From Octopus vulgaris (lineage: Eukaryota), in NCBI GenBank assembly GCA_951406725.2, contig OX597818.1, forward strand, positions 128,588,001 to 128,652,000: a stretch of 64,000 nt of DNA, given 5' to 3'. Below are positions 1-12,984 of this stretch, one piece after another; the stretch's first letter is position 1; every line of letters begins with the position of its first letter. Made by a program: the position numbers and the translations under genes. Under the pieces are notes generated by a model. It saw only the letters and a list, made by a program, of their open reading frames with translations. It did no database searches and was not told the origin of the DNA.

Positions 1-170
1 GATTTTGTGTTACAAACGAATGATATGATGTAGAGCTACAATAGTGTAACCGAACTATCGAGGAAAATGTAGGACTAAAAGTATTTGGTGAGATCGTAAT
101 TGACCTGTGTTTCCGACTTATCGATAAACTGACGTATTGTTTGTAAATCGATGTTCGTTCTCCGCAGTAA
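1..170 (+). promoter_or_regulatory. CpG-rich, probably promoter-proximal segment with a DRE motif (TATCGATA at 119-126)
   Basis: About 10 CpG in the first 165 bp versus about 1 in 2101-3200. Perfect DRE palindrome at 119-126 and DRE-like TATCGAG (56-62) and AATCGATG (146-153). Lies upstream of the + strand exons. Confidence 0.45.
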
Positions 171-360
171 TTGCTCTCTCCCTCTCTCTCTCTCCCCACT
201 CTCCTTCCCATCACTTTTCATTCTATCTAGACTTTATTTTAAATCACAATGGGCCTTTTCTTTGAGTATGTTTCAGGACATTAGTTCGCCATTCTATCAT
301 GAAATATCATTCAAATGTAATTTCTCTTGGCTAGATAGGCACAAAAGAATTTTGATTATA

Positions 361-735
361 CTCTTTTACTTGCTTCAGTCATTTGACTGCGGCCATGCTG
401 GAGCACCGCCTTCAGTCGAGCAAATCGACCCCGGGACTTATTCTTTGTAAGCCCAGTACTTATTCTATCGGTCTCTTTTGCCGAACCGCTAAGTGACGGG
501 GACGTAAACACACCAGCATCGGTTGTCAAGCAATGTTAGGGGGACAAACACAGACACACAAACATATACACACACACTTATATATATATACATATATACG
601 ACAGGCTTCTTTCAGTTTCCGTCTACCAAATCCACTCACAAGGCATTGGTCGGCCCGGGGCTATAGCAGAAGACACTTGCCCAAGATGCCACGCAGTGGG
701 ACTGAACCCGGAACCATGTGGTTGGTTAGCAAGCT
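361..735 (-). mobile_element. tRNA-derived CORE-like SINE, family A (5' tip missing)
   Basis: Near-identical to copies at 12719, 17719, 27924, 33033, 52414 and 59557. B-box-like GGTTCAGTCCC, CORE-like CTTGGGCAAGTGTCTT, internal (TA)/(CA) tract. Confidence 0.9.
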
Positions 736-778
736 TCTTCTTTTTTTTTTTTTTATTTTTAATTATTCAGGAGTTATA

Positions 779-1002
779 CGAGGGGTTGCTAAAAAGTTCT
801 TGGCTTTAAGGGTTTTGCGAAAGGCCTAGTTGGAGGCCCAACCTTCCGAGTTCTTTTACAGGACTTAGAAAAACTGAAGGACCACTGCAATAAGTGTGCG
901 GATCTGAAAGAGGAATATGTCGAATAAAATCATAATTAACTGATCCTCCTGTATTTTCTTTTATCTAAAACCAAGAACTTATCAGCACCTACACCCTCCT
1001 TG
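779..1002 (+). mobile_element. Non-autonomous mariner deletion derivative
   Basis: TA flanks (777-778, 1003-1004). Left TIR CGAGGGGTTGCTAAAAAGTTCTTGGCTTTA with a degenerate right TIR. Interior encodes a mariner C-terminus-like LEAQPSEFF/GLRKTE..CNKCADLKEEYVE*. Confidence 0.75.
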
Positions 1003-1052
1003 TATAGTCAGTTAAACGATCTCAGTATATTGTTCAATCAACACCACCACCT

Positions 1053-1529
1053 GGGGAAAGACCCCCCCCATTTTCCCACAAATTATTATTGTTATTATTT
1101 TGCCCAAACCCCTCGCTATCTCCCCCCCCCCCCCGATTTCTTCATTTTTCACTTGTTTTTCTTTAACCTTAACTGTAACCCCCAACGCTAATCCTAACCC
1201 TAAAGTCTTAACCCTAAAACCTCAACTCTAACCACTTTCAGAATCATAATCTCCATATTTTTCTGCATATTTAGAAAAAAAGAAAAAATTTCACAAAAAT
1301 TTTGGGAAATTTTTTTCAGAATCATAATCTCTGTATTTTTCCGCATATTTTGAAAAAGAGAATTTCTGAAAAAAGTTGGAAATGAAGAAATTAGGTGTGT
1401 GTGTCTGGGGAGGGGGTGAGTAACTTCAAAATGCTGATTTTTGGCAATTTTTTTGCAGATTCGTATTCTTCATAGCTGTAGGAAAAAAAGGGGTGTTTTG
1501 GGGGGGAGTACAAAAGGAAGTCTTTTCCC
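1053..1529. mobile_element. Unclassified TIR element with telomere-like (CCTAAC/TAACCC) tract and internal duplication
   Basis: Termini GGGGAAAGAC and GTCTTTTCCC (9/10 inverted match). ACCT on both flanks. Degenerate TAACCC repeats at about 1163-1235. About 40-bp direct repeat at 1236 and 1315. Confidence 0.5.
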
Positions 1530-1643
1530 ACCTGTATCATTTCGGAGACCACTCTGTTGGGATCAGTTTGTCCAGGTTTCTGGGCTGAATATAAGTTCCC
1601 ACTTTCTTCCACCAATCGCAGAGACCTTGAAGTGGGTAACAGG

Positions 1644-1755
1644 CAGGGGTGGACTGAGGGTATTGAGAGCCCTCAGGCATAACTGTTTACCGAGCCCCTT
1701 GGAGCTCCGAGATCTTGGGCAGTGCCCAATTGACCAAAAGTTCAGTCCGCTCCTG
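1644..1755. mobile_element. hAT (Tip100-like) MITE, 112 bp
   Basis: TIRs CAGGGGTGGACTGA and TCAGTCCGCTCCTG (12/14). Perfect 8-bp TSD GTAACAGG (1636-1643, 1756-1763). Confidence 0.85.
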
Positions 1756-2711
1756 GTAACAGGTGTGACCCCACCTTCACTAATATCGTAAAGAGTTTAG
1801 TATGAGGCTCTACATTCTATCAACCACTTTCATTACCCCACATCTACCAGTAATAATAAATTTTGTTTTTGTTATCTCTTTTAGTAAGGAAATGATGATG
1901 TACTTATCATAATTGACTTAAGTGTACTTTGCTCACACTACGTGGCTGTTTCTTATCTTGTCAGCCTCTGACAAGATTTGAACTGGTAGTTAGGAGTCGC
2001 TGAATTATCCTGTACAGCTGGCTACCGTCTGTTCAGGTTCTTTTGCGCTAATTACATGTACATAAATATGGCTAAAGTAGTACAGATGATAGCTAAACTA
2101 TTATTATGTTTGCTAATAATAATAATAATATATCAGCTCTGCTGAAAGATTGTTTTTACAATATGAATTAAAAACACACACAGTCATATATGCTTACTAA
2201 AATACCAAATATTAGTTGACATTTTAAAATGACAGTATGTAAATAACTTTAAATGTTTTCAGAGCCTTTGTTTATATAATTCAGGCACATTTTTGAGGTT
2301 CCTTTCTATCAGGGTCTCTTTTCAATGTGATCTTATTATAATTGTTTAAATAGATCCTGTGGTTTGAGTGCTCAACATCACAAATGCCCTTAAATTTTAA
2401 GTCTTGAGTGCTCTGTCCAATAAACTTGTCAAATAACTGAAAGTTAAGAAGCACTGCATTTTACAGTGCTCTGCTTAGCTGCCTCTAATGATTTTTGATA
2501 TCTATTTATAATTTAGTATACTGAACCAGGGAGAGTTTTAAGTTAATTTGTCTAGATCAATGATGTATGAACAACCAACTCTCTGGTTGGTAGTTCAATT
2601 TCCCTATTGACTTGGCTAGTTTCAAAAGATTTACTGTTAAAGGCAATGTTGCATCATTAATGGATTGCTCTTTGGAATAGATTATGCCTCATGCTTGGTA
2701 AATAGGTTTTC

Positions 2712-2945
2712 TTAACCCTTTAGCATTTAATCCGGCCATATCCAGCCCAAATAGACTCCTTGTTTTGTTTTTTTTGTTAAAATTGACCTGATCCAACTTC
2801 TCACACTGATCTTACAATGCCATTCTAAAAATATACAAACACACTTTGAAATCTTGAAGCTACAGAATAATGCCTGATTAGTTCAAAATAATGTGAATTA
2901 ATAGTTAATACATTTGACAAAGAAATCTGAATACTAAAGGGTTAA
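2712..2945. mobile_element. piggyBac-type TTAA MITE (about 230 bp), representative copy
   Basis: TTAA|CCCTTTAGCATT...AATACTAAAGGG|TTAA. Other copies at about 5875-6066, 9565-9992, 9706-9933, 12603-13259, 13566-13789, 15728-15955, 21544-22001, 23582-23809, 25881-26106, 40599-40827, 41948-42173, 43186-43403 and 53636-53790. Confidence 0.85.
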
Positions 2946-3769
2946 ATACCCTCTGAGTATTCTCCAAAAAAAATTCTGCCAGATTATAAAGATGACCTTA
3001 TAATGAAACAGCATCAACTGTCTCAAATGTACAGTCTTGCTATGCAATGAAACTTTTTGTCCTTGAGATCAGAATATATAAAATGTTACTTTTCAGTTGA
3101 ATCTGTGGTCTTGTTCAATTCTCAGTTGTAGCCATTGTACCTACCTCACTTATATAACTAATTCCATAGGAAAAGTCCTAGACACATAATTTGAAATACC
3201 TCTTTACAATTCTGAAGACTTCTAGGTTTCTCACTAAACAAAATGAAGAGTGTGAAACACTTACGAGTGAGCATTATTACAGTTTTTGCCTCCCTCTTTT
3301 TAAATGTGTATACATAGATTATTGGCTGTACTGTGACAATCTCATTCTTCTAATTTTAACTCTTATCAGGGTAGTTGAAAATGTCAGTGAGCTGAGTTTC
3401 TGTGCCAAGTGTTTAATTGACTAAAAAAAAAACGAAACAATTCTCTTCAATTGCTAGTAACTGTAGGTCGTTATATGAAACTCAACTGGATGTCAAGAAT
3501 GTGCTTTAGCTGTCAAGCAACAGTCTTCAAAATTTCTAGCCTAAAACTTTTTGGAGCCATCTTTGATATTTTCTTGTTGGCAAAATACCTTTGTCATAAA
3601 CTTTTCAAATACTTCAAATTGAAACCCCCCCCCCCCCCAAAAAAAAAACCTGCTAAAAGTGTTATTCCTTGTGAGTGTGTGTAATAGTGATGCTATGCCT
3701 GTTTGAGGATCTCAATAGATTATCAATATTATATTTTTTTACATGTTCTTTTGGACAATGATCTATCTT

Positions 3770-4030
3770 CTCTGCCCACTTCTTGGGAGGGTTGTGTGGA
3801 GCAAGTCTTCAGGTACTTCCTTCATAGGGTCCTTTCAGAAGCAACTGCTATTAGACTTTCCTGCTGGATTCCCAGGCATAACCAACTGAGACTATGGATA
3901 TTGTCCAACCAATCTCATTCTTGATCTCCTGCCAGTTGGTTCAGCTTGAATAATCTTGCAATTCTTTCCTGCTACATTCTAAACACATGTAGTACCGGTG
4001 CTGTGATCTCTCAATGTAAGGAAGTAGCAG
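3770..4030 (-). mobile_element. Degenerate RTE-clade LINE 3' ORF fragment
   Basis: Minus strand reads, with frameshifts, RIIQAEPTGRRSRMR(W)LDNIHSLSW...GIQQESLIAVASERTL, resembling the G-R-P-R-x-R-W C-terminus of RTE ORF2. Confidence 0.45.
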
Positions 4031-6109
4031 CCTGACATAAAGAGAGACTCTCTGAGCTACATACCTTGTTGAATGATGTTACTCCGGAGACCTTTCAGAG
4101 GAACCCATTTGGGGAACTTGTATTTACAATCATACTCTTTCAGTCATTACATTTCTCGAGGTGAGGATAGGCACAAAAAGTTTGAGCCTTGTTTTCCTCC
4201 TACTCATCATTTGACATCCATGGCACTAGCATCAGTATCAGTTCTGTTGAGGCAGATGGGTCTTCTTGAGTACAGCAATGTGCCAGATATCTCAGTCCTT
4301 AGTCTTGCGATTGGCCTTTTATATTTCATTCCATGTCTCCCTGGGCCTCCCTCTTCCACAAGTTCCATCAACTTTCAGTGATTGGCACATGTAGGGTTGG
4401 TTCTCATCTTTCTTGAATTGGTAATAAGTATTTGCAAAGTATTGTATTGACTTCTTAAAAAGTTGTGAAAGTGTGTAACTTGGGCTTATTTTGTGTGACG
4501 ATATGTTGCATTCTCTTTTGCTGAAAAAAGTGTTCTTCCCACCTTTGAGGTCAGCCAGCTGGAAGAAAGAAATGGAGAGAGATTCTAATTTACAAGCTAA
4601 TATCTACTTGCCGGACATATTTAATATATATTAGTAAAATGTTAAACTTCAAATAAGAAATATAATGTATAAAAAAACCCCATCATTTTGAAAGGTTAAT
4701 CAATGTAAAATGATGTGATTATGCAAACTGGTACTTGGAACAATTCCTACATTTTAAACTGAATGATTTTTGCCTAGTAACAAAATACAGATTTATTGAG
4801 CAAATACATGTAGCTTTGTAATTTTATATCACAATTGGGGAAAATTATATATCATTATAGTACAGACGTTCTGAAATAAATGTTGAAATTGTATAAAATA
4901 TTCTTCAGCTTAAACAATTGACTCATAATTTTGCTTTTCTTTTCTTCTCCCTTTTCGTTTCATTTGAAGTGTTCAGAAGCATTGAAGGTTGGATGGGTCT
5001 GCACAGTATATTTTCCTATATACAAGACATTGTTGGAACAGTTGTTATTTAGCTGTAGGTCAGCTCTGATCATGCAGATCCATGATAAAAAGGCATTCTA
5101 GCCTTGACCATCCAGTCTTTTTGTATATCTAGTACGACATTGTCTAGTGTATTTTTTAAAATTTGGTTGTGTGAGATTTGAAGGAATTTAGTTGTTATTT
5201 CTTGCTGGGTGACCAACTGCATAAAGACACCTATATTGACTCATCAGAGCAGAGATTTCTTTCTCTGTAATGAGCATGCTGATTGAAAGATCAAATATCT
5301 ATTATCAAAGGGTATATTGAATTCCCTCTCTCTCTTTCGGAGAGGCACTGAGCACCTACACACACACATACACACACAGCAGTAACTTCCGCCTACCGAA
5401 TTCAATCACAAAGCTTCGGTCGGCTCGGGGCTATAGTGGAAGACACCTACCCAAAGTGCCATGCAGTGGGACTGAACCCGAAACCATGTAGCTAGGAAGC
5501 AAGCTCCCTAACCACACAGCCATGCCCATTGTAAAAATGCTTAGCCTAGTAGTTAGGGTGCTTGGCAAACAATGTTACGGTTGTGGGTTTGCATCTTGAG
5601 CCAGTTGTTATGTTGTGTTCTTGAACAAGGCACTTCACTCCACATTGCTACAGTCTGCTCACTTAAAAACAAACACCAGCATAATGCTAGTTCAGCCCCC
5701 CCTCTCTCTCCAACTTTCATGTCCTTAACGTTCCAAGAGAGTACCTGTCTGCTTGCGACTACACAGACACCTTAAAACAATTAGCAAAAGCCAGGTACAT
5801 ACAACCAGGTTATACTTGTTTATGAGTGATGACTATCATTCAGCTATGTTTGAATTTTTATAGGACTCTGTGTTGACCCATTGGCATTTGAATCAGCCCT
5901 GTCTGACCCAAATATTCTACCTGTTCTATGTTCAGATTAGCAATATCTGGCCTCTCACATCTACCCTACAATGTCGTTTTGAAAGTAAACAATCACATCA
6001 TCAAAATCTCAAAGCTATGAGATAATGCATGTGTAATTCAAGACTGAATAAATAAGCATTACATTTAACAAATAATATAAATACTAATAGGTAGAAGACC
6101 CATCTGCCA

Positions 6110-6322
6110 CAGCAGAATTGATACTGGTGCAGGTACCTCATAAAAAGTACCCAGTACACTCGGTGGAGTGGTTTGCATTAGGAAGGGCACCCAACTGTAG
6201 AAAGCATGCCAGAACAGACAATGGAGCCTGATGTAGCCCCTAGCCTTACCAGCTCCAGTCAAACCGTCCAACCCATGCCAGCATGGGAAATAGATGTTAA
6301 ATGGTGATGATGATGATGATGT
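6110..6322 (+). mobile_element. RTE LINE 3' UTR fragment with (GAT)n tail (family D)
   Basis: Contains AGGAAGGGCA(T/C)CCA.CTGTAGAAA ... CCAACCCATGCCAGCATGG ... GTTAAA(TGA)n, shared with many copies. In some copies it is contiguous with an RTE ORF end. Confidence 0.75.
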
Positions 6323-6719
6323 TGGAAAGTTCTGACTATCGTGCTTTTCTTAAAAGTGAAACAAGAAGTGAAAGCTTGGTTGCAAACTCCAAGTTGCTCA
6401 CCTCCGATTCCCCTTATGCTTATCAGTTGGCTGCAAATTAATACATTTGCAATAGCAATCATTGACTGCATGAAGACTGAATATTTTTTTCGGTTTCAGT
6501 TTTTAACTATCTGGCGATCCAGACTCCATTTTGTTTGCTTATTTGATATTAAACTTTCTTGTCTATAAAACATGACATAATCACCTTCATATTTTCTTTT
6601 ACATGCTTTCATTTTTCAAATCGAATGACCTTTATGGACTGCATAAATTATTATTTAGCTGTCAAAGAAATATTGATTCTCTGCTTTCAAATCATGTTTG
6701 TCACTACACAAAGGTTTCA

Positions 6720-7107
6720 GTTCTATATCTAAGAGATGAGGAATTATGTACATTATTTACATTTGACAGATATTTGTTCTCGTCAATGTTTCAACTAATA
6801 TACCCTTCAGCCTTCATCAGGTGTCTTGGGGAAATTTCGAACTTGAGTTCTTATTCTTAAGATATTTCCACTGCCTGGAATCTTGGGGATAGTAGCCTGT
6901 GCTCTTAACCACTATACCATTATGGAGTGAATTTTAGGGCTTATAAATCTAATAATAATAATGATATCGCAAAATACCTTAGGAATGAGAACCCAGGTTT
7001 GAAATTTCTCCAGGACACCTGAAGAAGGCTGGAGAGTATATCAGCTGAAAACGTTGTGTTAACAACAAACAAGATGAGAACAAATATCCATCAAACGTAA
7101 ATAATGT
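6720..7107 (-). mobile_element. Non-autonomous Penelope/retrozyme-like element with inverted pseudo-LTRs, a tRNA-like segment and two hammerhead motifs
   Basis: 6747-6868 is the inverted counterpart of 6970-7110. A roughly 30-nt extra tail (6720-6746) is on one arm only. 12-bp flanking duplication ACAAAGGTTTCA (6708-6719, 7108-7119). Confidence 0.7.
7014..7060 (+). ncRNA. Minimal type I hammerhead ribozyme motif, family 1 (extra A in GAAAAC)
   Basis: GACAC-CTGAAGA-AGGCTG..CAGCT-GAAAAC-GTT-GTGTT. Stem I is GACAC/GTGTT. A more degraded inverted copy lies at about 6783-6825 (-). Confidence 0.6.
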
Positions 7108-7701
7108 ACAAAGGTTTCATTTTATCTTCAGTATCATTTGTTTGTTTTTATGTTCACTTTTCCATAAGATGGAGGAATATAAATTGAGGCATTATATTAT
7201 TGTAAGATGCTCTCCTTGTGGTTAAACCTCACCTGTTTTTCAAGTAATGGATTTTTTTAATGTTCTAATTGTCTTTAAAAGTGCAGAACTATGGGACAAT
7301 TTCTTAGCAGTTAATGTCTCAAACATCACTTTTTTTGCGCATGGATACAGAAAGTAAAAATGCCGACATATAAGCATGCACATATGCATACATGCGTACG
7401 TATATATGTATGTACACCTGTGTGTGTATGCATGTGTGTGTGTGTGCTTCCTTATAGTTTCTATTGATAATTCACTCACAAGGCATTGGGTGGCCCAAGT
7501 AGAAGATGCTTGCCCAAAATCTCGTCCAGTGGAATAGAACTTGACATCACATTGTACTAAGGTATGCTCCATATCCATATGCTCAGGCCTCTGCCATCAA
7601 TATCTTTCTTTTTTCTTTGTAATTCCAATAGTAACAAATCATATAGTAAGTGGCAAAATCCCATAGCTGTTTCATTTCATTTAACCATTTTAATACTGTG
7701 G

Positions 7702-8080
7702 AAGCACTCCGTCGGTTACGACGACGAGGGTTCCGGTTGATCCAATCAACTGAACAGCCTGCTTGTGAAATTAACGTGTAAGTGGCTGAGCACTCCACAG
7801 ACACGTGTACCCTTAACGTAGTTCTCGGGGATATTCGGCGTGACACAGAGAGTGACAAGGCCGGCCCTTTGAAATACAGGTACAACAGAAACAGGAAGTA
7901 AGAGTGAGAGAAAGTTGTGGTGAAAGAGTACAGCAGGGATCACCACCATCCCTGCCGGAGCCTCGTGGAGCTTTAGGTGTTTTCGCTCAATAAACACTCA
8001 CAACGCCCCGGTCTGGGAATCGAAACCGTGATCCTACGACCGCGAGTCCGCTGCCCTAACCACTGGGCCATTGCGCCTCC
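7702..8080 (-). mobile_element. tRNA-derived SINE, family B
   Basis: Head GGAGGCGCAATGGCCCAGTGGTTAGGGCAGCGGACTCGCGG..GGTTTCGATTCCC with A and B boxes. Matches copies at 10829, 30714 and 56648. Confidence 0.9.
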
Positions 8081-9261
8081 CCACCTGAGACTGTTGCTGG
8101 CTATATGATACAAATTTGAGATATAAACCCGACAGCTAACTCCATGTTACTCATGTATTTGAATGACTACTTACTTTACTTACTGTTTGATTGGTGCTAA
8201 GTAAGCTTGAATGGATGCAAAGTTTGCTCAGGATGTTGGATTACCTTGCAGGCATGTTTTTCTGTCATTTTTGACTCGGTGGTTCTTTGTGTGTGTGTGT
8301 GTGTTTTGCACAGGTTGACTTAATTTTAGTCACCTCAGTTCAGTTATCTGTTTGAGCTAGATACACGATTTGGGAATGTTTCCAAAGGGAGACTGGTCTC
8401 CGGTAGGGTTGAAGGTTTATATCCCTTCCACTTCTTTCTCATGGAACGGCAGCTAAGCATTTCAGTTCATTGAGAGCCTCCTAAATCCAAGAAAACATTA
8501 AATTTCTTTTTAAACTTATAAATGAGCAAGTCTTCCAGTTGTTCAATCTACTCACTGAATTAATATGTGAAGTGGTTGAGTATTCCTCAGAAATGTATAC
8601 TCTCTCAAATAGAATCAGCATGATAGTGTGACGATAGGGCTGGACCTTTGAGTTACAGACACAACTCATGGGCTTCTACAAAGTCTCCATCTACCCAGTT
8701 TCACTTACAAGGCCTGAGATAATCTAAGGCTGTGGTAAAGACACTCGAGAGACCACACTGTGGGCTCAAACACAAGACCTCATGGTTGCAATGTAAACTT
8801 CTTAACCACCCCTCTATGTTGATATTCTTATATTGGTAATGTTGCATTGCATTATATTTAATTTTCTCTTTCTCTCTCAGTTTCACAAATATTTCATGCC
8901 TGCAAGTAAAATTCTGTAATTTATTAATTATGTCTCAGAAGGTGTGTGTGTGTGGGGAGGGTGGAAGGTGAGCCTATGTGTAATTAAATTCTCAATTGAC
9001 ATGTTTAATTAAACCCAACATCAAGCCTAATTTTAGCATCCATTTGAGTTTTAGCTGTTATAGCACTTGGGGAAAGAAATCTCTTCTATTGTCAATACTG
9101 ACAATGATATTACGAAAGTGACAAGAAAAATTATTTCTTCAGATTAACCACACAGACAATCTACTCCAGTATGTTCATTCCTGGCACTTATTCTATTGAC
9201 CAAAATCCAAATTTTAAGTCAACCACACTTTGAATTAAACTGTGGACCCTGAGGCACCAAT

Positions 9262-9482
9262 TTAACCCTTCTCTGATTATATTTGTGAGTGGATACACAG
9301 CTTGAGTGTGATTAATTTTGATTAATTTAGAAAGATTGATGTTTCCATTATTAAACTGGTGTTTGGAGCTTAAAATGTTTGTACATAACAACTTCAGTTA
9401 AACTTCACTTTAAAACTAGAAAATTTTTGTATGTTTCTTGAACCAAAGAAGTTATAAGGCTGGTTACTTTCAAGAGGGTTAA
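9262..9482. mobile_element. Second, older TTAA-flanked MITE family
   Basis: TTAA|CCCTTCTC...CAAGAGGG|TTAA. Interior is unrelated to the main TTAA family. Confidence 0.5.
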
Positions 9483-9564
9483 ATGTTATAAAATAAGGAC
9501 TAGGTAACCTAAAAGAACTCAGGTGCAAGTTATATAGCATTTTCATATTAAGTGGTTAAACATT

Positions 9565-9992
9565 TTAATCCTTTAGTATTTAAACCAGCCATGTCTGGCC
9601 CAAACATTCTGGTTTATGTTTAAACCAGCCGGATCCAATTTGTCACACCTACCATAAAAATAAGCAATCGTACCATCAAAATCTCACATCTTCAAGATAA
9701 TGTATTTAACCCTTTAACATTCAAATTAATCTGTCAAATGTAAAGCCTGTTTAATTACATTGTTTTAAATGAATTGTACAGCATCATGTAACTCTGAGAT
9801 TTTGATGATGCCCCTGTTTATTTTTAGAATGACTTTGTAGGGTAGGTGTGAGAGGTCAGAGCTAGCTGGTTTGAGCATAAAACAGGAAGACAATTTTGAC
9901 CTGATATGGCCGGTTTAAACACTAAAGGGTTAAAACAATGTGAATAAACAAGCATTATATTTGACAAAGAAATCTGAATGCTAAAGGGTCAA
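9565..9992. mobile_element. TTAA MITE with a same-family copy nested in opposite orientation (9706-9933)
   Basis: The outer copy is interrupted at a TTAA by a complete inverted copy bounded by TTAA at 9706-9709 and 9930-9933. Confidence 0.8.
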
Positions 9993-10828
9993 ATATAAAA
10001 TATTACTATTGTTAAGGTGGAAATAGTTGAGACAGTAGTGTGAGATGTATCCATTTTTCCTTACTGGCACAGGCTTGATAAACCTTGTTGAGGCAGTTTT
10101 TCTACATACATGCAAATATATATAACTTAAAGGCCTTACATTGTGAAATTTTTACCCTTCCAAATTGTGGGTTAAAATCCTGGCTAACTACAATGCACTG
10201 GTGTTGATTTAATTTTGTTACCATATTCTGTTTCAATTAATTTCTAAAATAATGAAGAATTTAGTAAGATAACTGTCATTACCAAACTGTTCTCTAGAGC
10301 ATATGATACATTGATGAAAGCTTTTAATTTGGATTGCTCTAAAGCAGGAAATTTGGGAAATTATAGAACTGGGAATGGTCTCAGGCAGATTGATATCAAA
10401 AGGGTTAATTGGCTGTTTTCCTTCCTTACTATAATTTGTCTCTTGCATAATTAGAATACAAAATGAAAATATATTTTTACTTTTTGGTGCCACCATGGCT
10501 GTGGGGTTAGGAAGTTTTCTTCAGAACCACTTGATTAAGAGTTCAGTCCCACTATGTGGAAATTGTCAATTGGTCTCTTCTACTGTAGCTGTGGGTTGAT
10601 CAACATCTTGGGTGAAATTTGGTTGACAGAAACTGGAAGGTGTGTGTGTGTGTGTGATAGAGTGCATGCTGGTTGTAAATTAAAGCATCACCATTCATAC
10701 AAAAGGTGTCATTTGTATTTCTTTGTGAATGCATATCTGGGTTTTATGACAAGTCTCGAAAAGTGCTGATTCTAACCAGTGATGTTTGTTTACTCCTCTA
10801 GACGTCCATTGTTTGATAGACTGAAGGA

Positions 10829-11218
10829 GTGGAGGCGCAATGGCCCAGTGGTTAGGGCAGCGGACTGGCGGTCGGAGGATCGCGGTTTCGATTCCCAGAC
10901 CGGGCGTTGTGTGTGTTTATTGAGCGAAAACACCTAAAGGTCCACGAGGCTCCGGCAGGGGGTGGTGGCGACCCCTGTTGTACTCTTTCGCCTCAACTTT
11001 CTCTCACTCCACTCTTACTTCCTGTTTCTGTTGTACCTGTATTTCAAGGGGCCGGCCTTGTCACTCTCTGTGTCACGCTGAATATCCCTGAGAACTACGT
11101 TAAGGGTGCACGTGTCTGTGGAGTGCTCAGCCACTTACACGTTAATTTCACGAGCAGGCTGTTCTGTTGATTCGGATCAACCGGAACCCCCATCGTCGTA
11201 ACCGACGGAGTGCTCCAA
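10829..11218 (+). mobile_element. tRNA-derived SINE, family B, full length
   Basis: A and B boxes present. 11-bp TSD AGACTGAAGGA (10818-10828, 11219-11229). Confidence 0.92.
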
Positions 11219-11956
11219 AGACTGAAGGAATGATTATCACGCTTGGAAATAGGTGAAAATTGGCATCAGGAAGGAAATCTGGTTATAGAAAATTTTGCCT
11301 CACTGAAGTCTTATCTGACCCATGCAAGCTTGCAAAAGTAGACATTAAAACAATGATAAAATAGAGATAATGGCTGGAGAGAGAGATTTCACTTTATAAT
11401 GCTCTCTCTACTATATGTTGCCTGGTTTTCTGGTCTACTGTCATTTTTGGCAGGTTATCATCTCTTAGTATTTGTATAAATAAGCATCTGTTCATTCTTA
11501 ATGTTGGTTTTCTATGCTAGCATAGCTTTGTATGAGGACTCTTTGTTTGCAGCATTTTATGGCTATATGCCCATCTTGTTGCCAACCTTTCAGTGTTTTT
11601 CAAAATATGTGATTTTGTTTTTTTTATTTAACTGGTGACTAATCACTATGTCAATAAGGAGTATAAAAATAAAATGCCATTTTGTTCAATAATAGGCAAA
11701 ACTGTGGAGTGGCATTTATGTGTGTCCGCATGAACACACACCTCGCACATGATAGATTTCCATTGCTATTTCTGTCTGTCTGCTCCACTTGCAAGGTATT
11801 TGTTAACCTGGGGCTATAGTATAAGACACTTGCCCAAAGTGTCATGCAGTGGGTTTGAACCTGAGACCACAAGGTTTTGGGTTTGTTCTCACAGCACGGC
11901 ACTGTGCTCAGGCTGACACCAATGCCTTGTGAGTGAAATTGTTGGGTGTATGTAAT

Positions 11957-12298
11957 CATCATCATCATCATCATTTAACGTCCGCTTTCCATGCTATCAT
12001 GGGTTGGACGGTTCAACTGGGGTCTGGCAAGCCCGAAGGCTGCACTAGGCCAGTCAGATCTGGCAGTGTTTCTACAGCTGGATGCCCTTCCTAACGCCAA
12101 CCACTCCGAGAGTGTAGTGGGTGATTTTATGTGCCACCGACACAGGTGCCAGACGAGGATGGCGAACAGCCACGATCGGATGGTGTTTGTTACGTGCCCA
12201 CAGCATGGAGGCCAGTCGATGCGGTACTGGCTACGGCCACGTTTGGATGGTTTTCTTATGTGCCACCGGCACTGGTACCACAAAGATACAAATTCCAT
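11957..12298 (-). mobile_element. RTE LINE 3' UTR (family D), young copy with internal ~62-bp tandem units
   Basis: (CAT)n tail. Near-identical to 61692-62210. CpGs retained. Confidence 0.8.
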
Positions 12299-12718
12299 TG
12301 TGCGTGTGTGGTTGTGTTTTTATTGTCTTGATGGTGCGTAAAAACAAGTGACACTATGAATGGAGAATGTTGAAAACATGTCTGGTCATTAAGCTTTTTG
12401 TTGTTTGAAGAACTCCAGCACAATAATACCTTACTTGGAAACAAGTGAGTATTAGCAATAGATAAATCGTCCATCTGTAGAAAAACTGCCTCACTAAGTT
12501 TTTATTTTGACTCGTGTTAGCAGAGATAAGTTAAAATGGTGATGGTATATCCTTCCTTTTTTTTGTCTTTTTATTTATTTTCAAGACCATAAGTATTTTG
12601 ATTTAACCCTTTAGCATTCAGATTACTCTGTTAAATGCAATGGTTATTTATTCACATCATTTTGAATTAATCACGCATTATCATGTAGCTTCAAAATTTC
12701 AATGATATCTCTCTCTTT

Positions 12719-12928
12719 CTCTTTTATACTTGTTTCAGTCATTTGACTGCGGCCATGCTGGAGCACCGCCTTTAGTCGAGCAAATCGATCCCGGGACTTA
12801 TTCTTTGTAAGCCCAGTACTTATTCTATCGGTCTCTTTTGCCGAACCACTAAGTGACGGGGACATAAACACACCAGCATCGGTTGTCAAGCAATGCTAGG
12901 GGGACAAACACAGATACACAAACATATG

Positions 12929-12984
<56 letters not shown>

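Noticed and set aside
533-829. Recurrent ORFs such as MLGGQTQTH.., MSSNARG.., MFIERKHLK.. and MLAWVGRFNWG..
   Set aside because: They are translations of SINE or LINE-UTR copies and microsatellites, not a gene family.
1163-1235. Telomere-like TAACCC repeats as an interstitial telomere or fusion site
   Set aside because: They are short, degenerate and enclosed within a TIR-bounded element.
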